DNA of 63,923 bases, the filler included, from Octopus bimaculoides (lineage: Eukaryota), in NCBI RefSeq assembly GCF_001194135.2. It is 6 parts of 5 records of this genome, joined end to end, with 100 filler letters (N's around TTAATTAATTAA, not from the genome) between each part and the next. Parts side by side here need not be neighbours in the genome. Positions count along the whole stretch, not along the records: positions 60,526 to 62,734 come from NC_068999.1; positions 62,835 to 63,923 come from NW_026347513.1; 4 more parts are not named here. One strand, written 5' to 3'. Under the pieces are notes generated by a model. It saw only the letters and a list, made by a program, of their open reading frames with translations. It was not told where the DNA came from and made no database searches. Within the stretch, counting starts at the first letter, position 1. Every line of letters begins with the position of its first letter. Positions 62,351 to 63,923 of this stretch are shown here, one piece after another. Position numbers and translations under genes: made by a program.

Positions 62351-62692
62351 TTGTGACAAAGCTTTATCTCGAGAGGTCCATATCACAACAATTGCATACA
62401 TTATAAACCATGTGTGTGTATATACATAAATGTGTCTGTGTATGTATGTATATTTGTGTGTGCGTATATATGTGTGTATGTGTGTGTATGTGTGTGTGTG
62501 TGTGTATATATATAGTTATACATCACCCTAGCAGCTGTGTGTATAAGATCGGTGTCGACATGCAGATACGACGACGTTCCATGAAATAAATGTCCAGTTT
62601 AATGACTTTTTTACTGAATGTTTTAACACAGTTTCTGCCAATGGAAGGTTCAAACTTGTAACCAATCAATGGATTCGGCTGAACTATTGCAC

Positions 62693-62734
<42 letters not shown>

Positions 62735-62834
62735 NNNNNNNNNNNNNNNNNNNNNNNNNNNNNNNNNNNNNNNNNNNNTTAATTAATTAANNNNNNNNNN
62801 NNNNNNNNNNNNNNNNNNNNNNNNNNNNNNNNNN

Positions 62835-62878
<44 letters not shown>

Positions 62879-63099
62879 CAGAAAGAGAGAGGAGATAGAT
62901 GTGTACGTGTGTGATCTGTGTATGTATGTGTTCGCCTCTATACTGTTGGTTTATATATGCGGATGTTCGTGCATGTATAAGATTTCATGTGTGTATATGT
63001 GTGTGTGCGTGTGTATGTTTATGTATCCTTCTGTTATACTGTTATGTCGGTTCTTTATAAATATGTATGCGAGTCTTTGAATGTTCACAGTAATAATTC

Positions 63100-63198
63100 C
63101 AAATCTCTCTCTCTGTTTCTCTCTCTCTATCTATCTATCTCACCCTCTCGTTTTTTTCTCTCTCTCTTTCCCTCTCTCTCTCACTCTCCCTCTCTCCT

Positions 63199-63240
<42 letters not shown>

Positions 63241-63255
63241 TCTCTCTCTCTCTCC
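63100..63255. repeat. (CT)n-rich low-complexity tract
   Basis: Direct reading. Confidence 0.9.
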
Positions 63256-63923
63256 TAAGCTAACCAACGATAAAAGAATATTGTGAACGATATGAGAGGA
63301 ATAACAATGACTAGGAGATAAAGAAATGAGCACACGATAACTGTAATAATAATCTCTGACCAAACACGTCACGTGATTATTTCGTGCGCTGTGATTTTTG
63401 TAACATAACAGAACCTTTCGTAAAATAAAACCACCAGATTCAATACTCATCAAATTGGTTTCAACGAAATAAAGGAAAGAAAAATATTCTAAACCATTCC
63501 TTCGTTTCCTTGGATTTGCGATGTTGATATTAATTTACATTTTCTTTAACAATAAAAAGTTTTCTTAATATTAACACAGTGAGTTCAAATTCGTTTCATA
63601 TCGACTCCAAATTGTAAAGCAGTAAATTAAAAGTGAGCGGGAAAATTGCTATACGAAGGGGAAAGAAACACAGTAAATTGTCACAATTCTCACTATAGAG
63701 AAAAAAGTTTTGGAAAAACTGTTATATTTCATTTGGTTACGATAAATGATAAATAGTTAAAGTAATGAAATCATATTTAAAATAGCCTATTAACTAACAA
63801 TACATACCTTTTTATATTATGATAATACAATTCATAGTAACGTTTCCGATATATCATAGTTTATACCCTGTCATTAAAAGTTTTATTCACCTTAAATAGA
63901 ACATTGAAACAATATATATATAT

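Noticed and set aside
61800-62401. His/Met/Val-rich ORFs
   Set aside because: Trinucleotide simple repeats next to a gap.

Overview
Eukaryotic, AT-rich, microsatellite-saturated draft scaffold with about 24 N-gaps (about 6.8 kb). The SINE/PLE repertoire looks cephalopod, most likely Octopus (inference). Nearly all ORF-track entries are microsatellite or gap artefacts. The one identifiable host gene is a corticotropin-releasing-hormone-binding protein (CRHBP/CRF-BP) homologue on the minus strand. Two exons are clear (36747-36951 and 34376-34545); neither appears as a correctly bounded ORF in the track, and their boundaries match the intron positions I recall for vertebrate CRHBP. I could not find its other exons, which may lie in gaps or outside the window. 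The rest is transposon debris: at least three tRNA-type SINE families, Penelope-like elements whose terminal repeats carry minimal hammerhead-ribozyme motifs, CR1-group, RTE and R4/Dong-like LINE fragments, a TIR MITE, a probable Helentron-type element and a 33-bp minisatellite. Most worth follow-up: the CRHBP homologue, two intact-core hammerhead motifs (31158-31216 +, 22600-22645 -), R4-like elements sitting in (CATA)n arrays, and several orphan exon or promoter candidates. I found no convincing wholly new multi-gene system.
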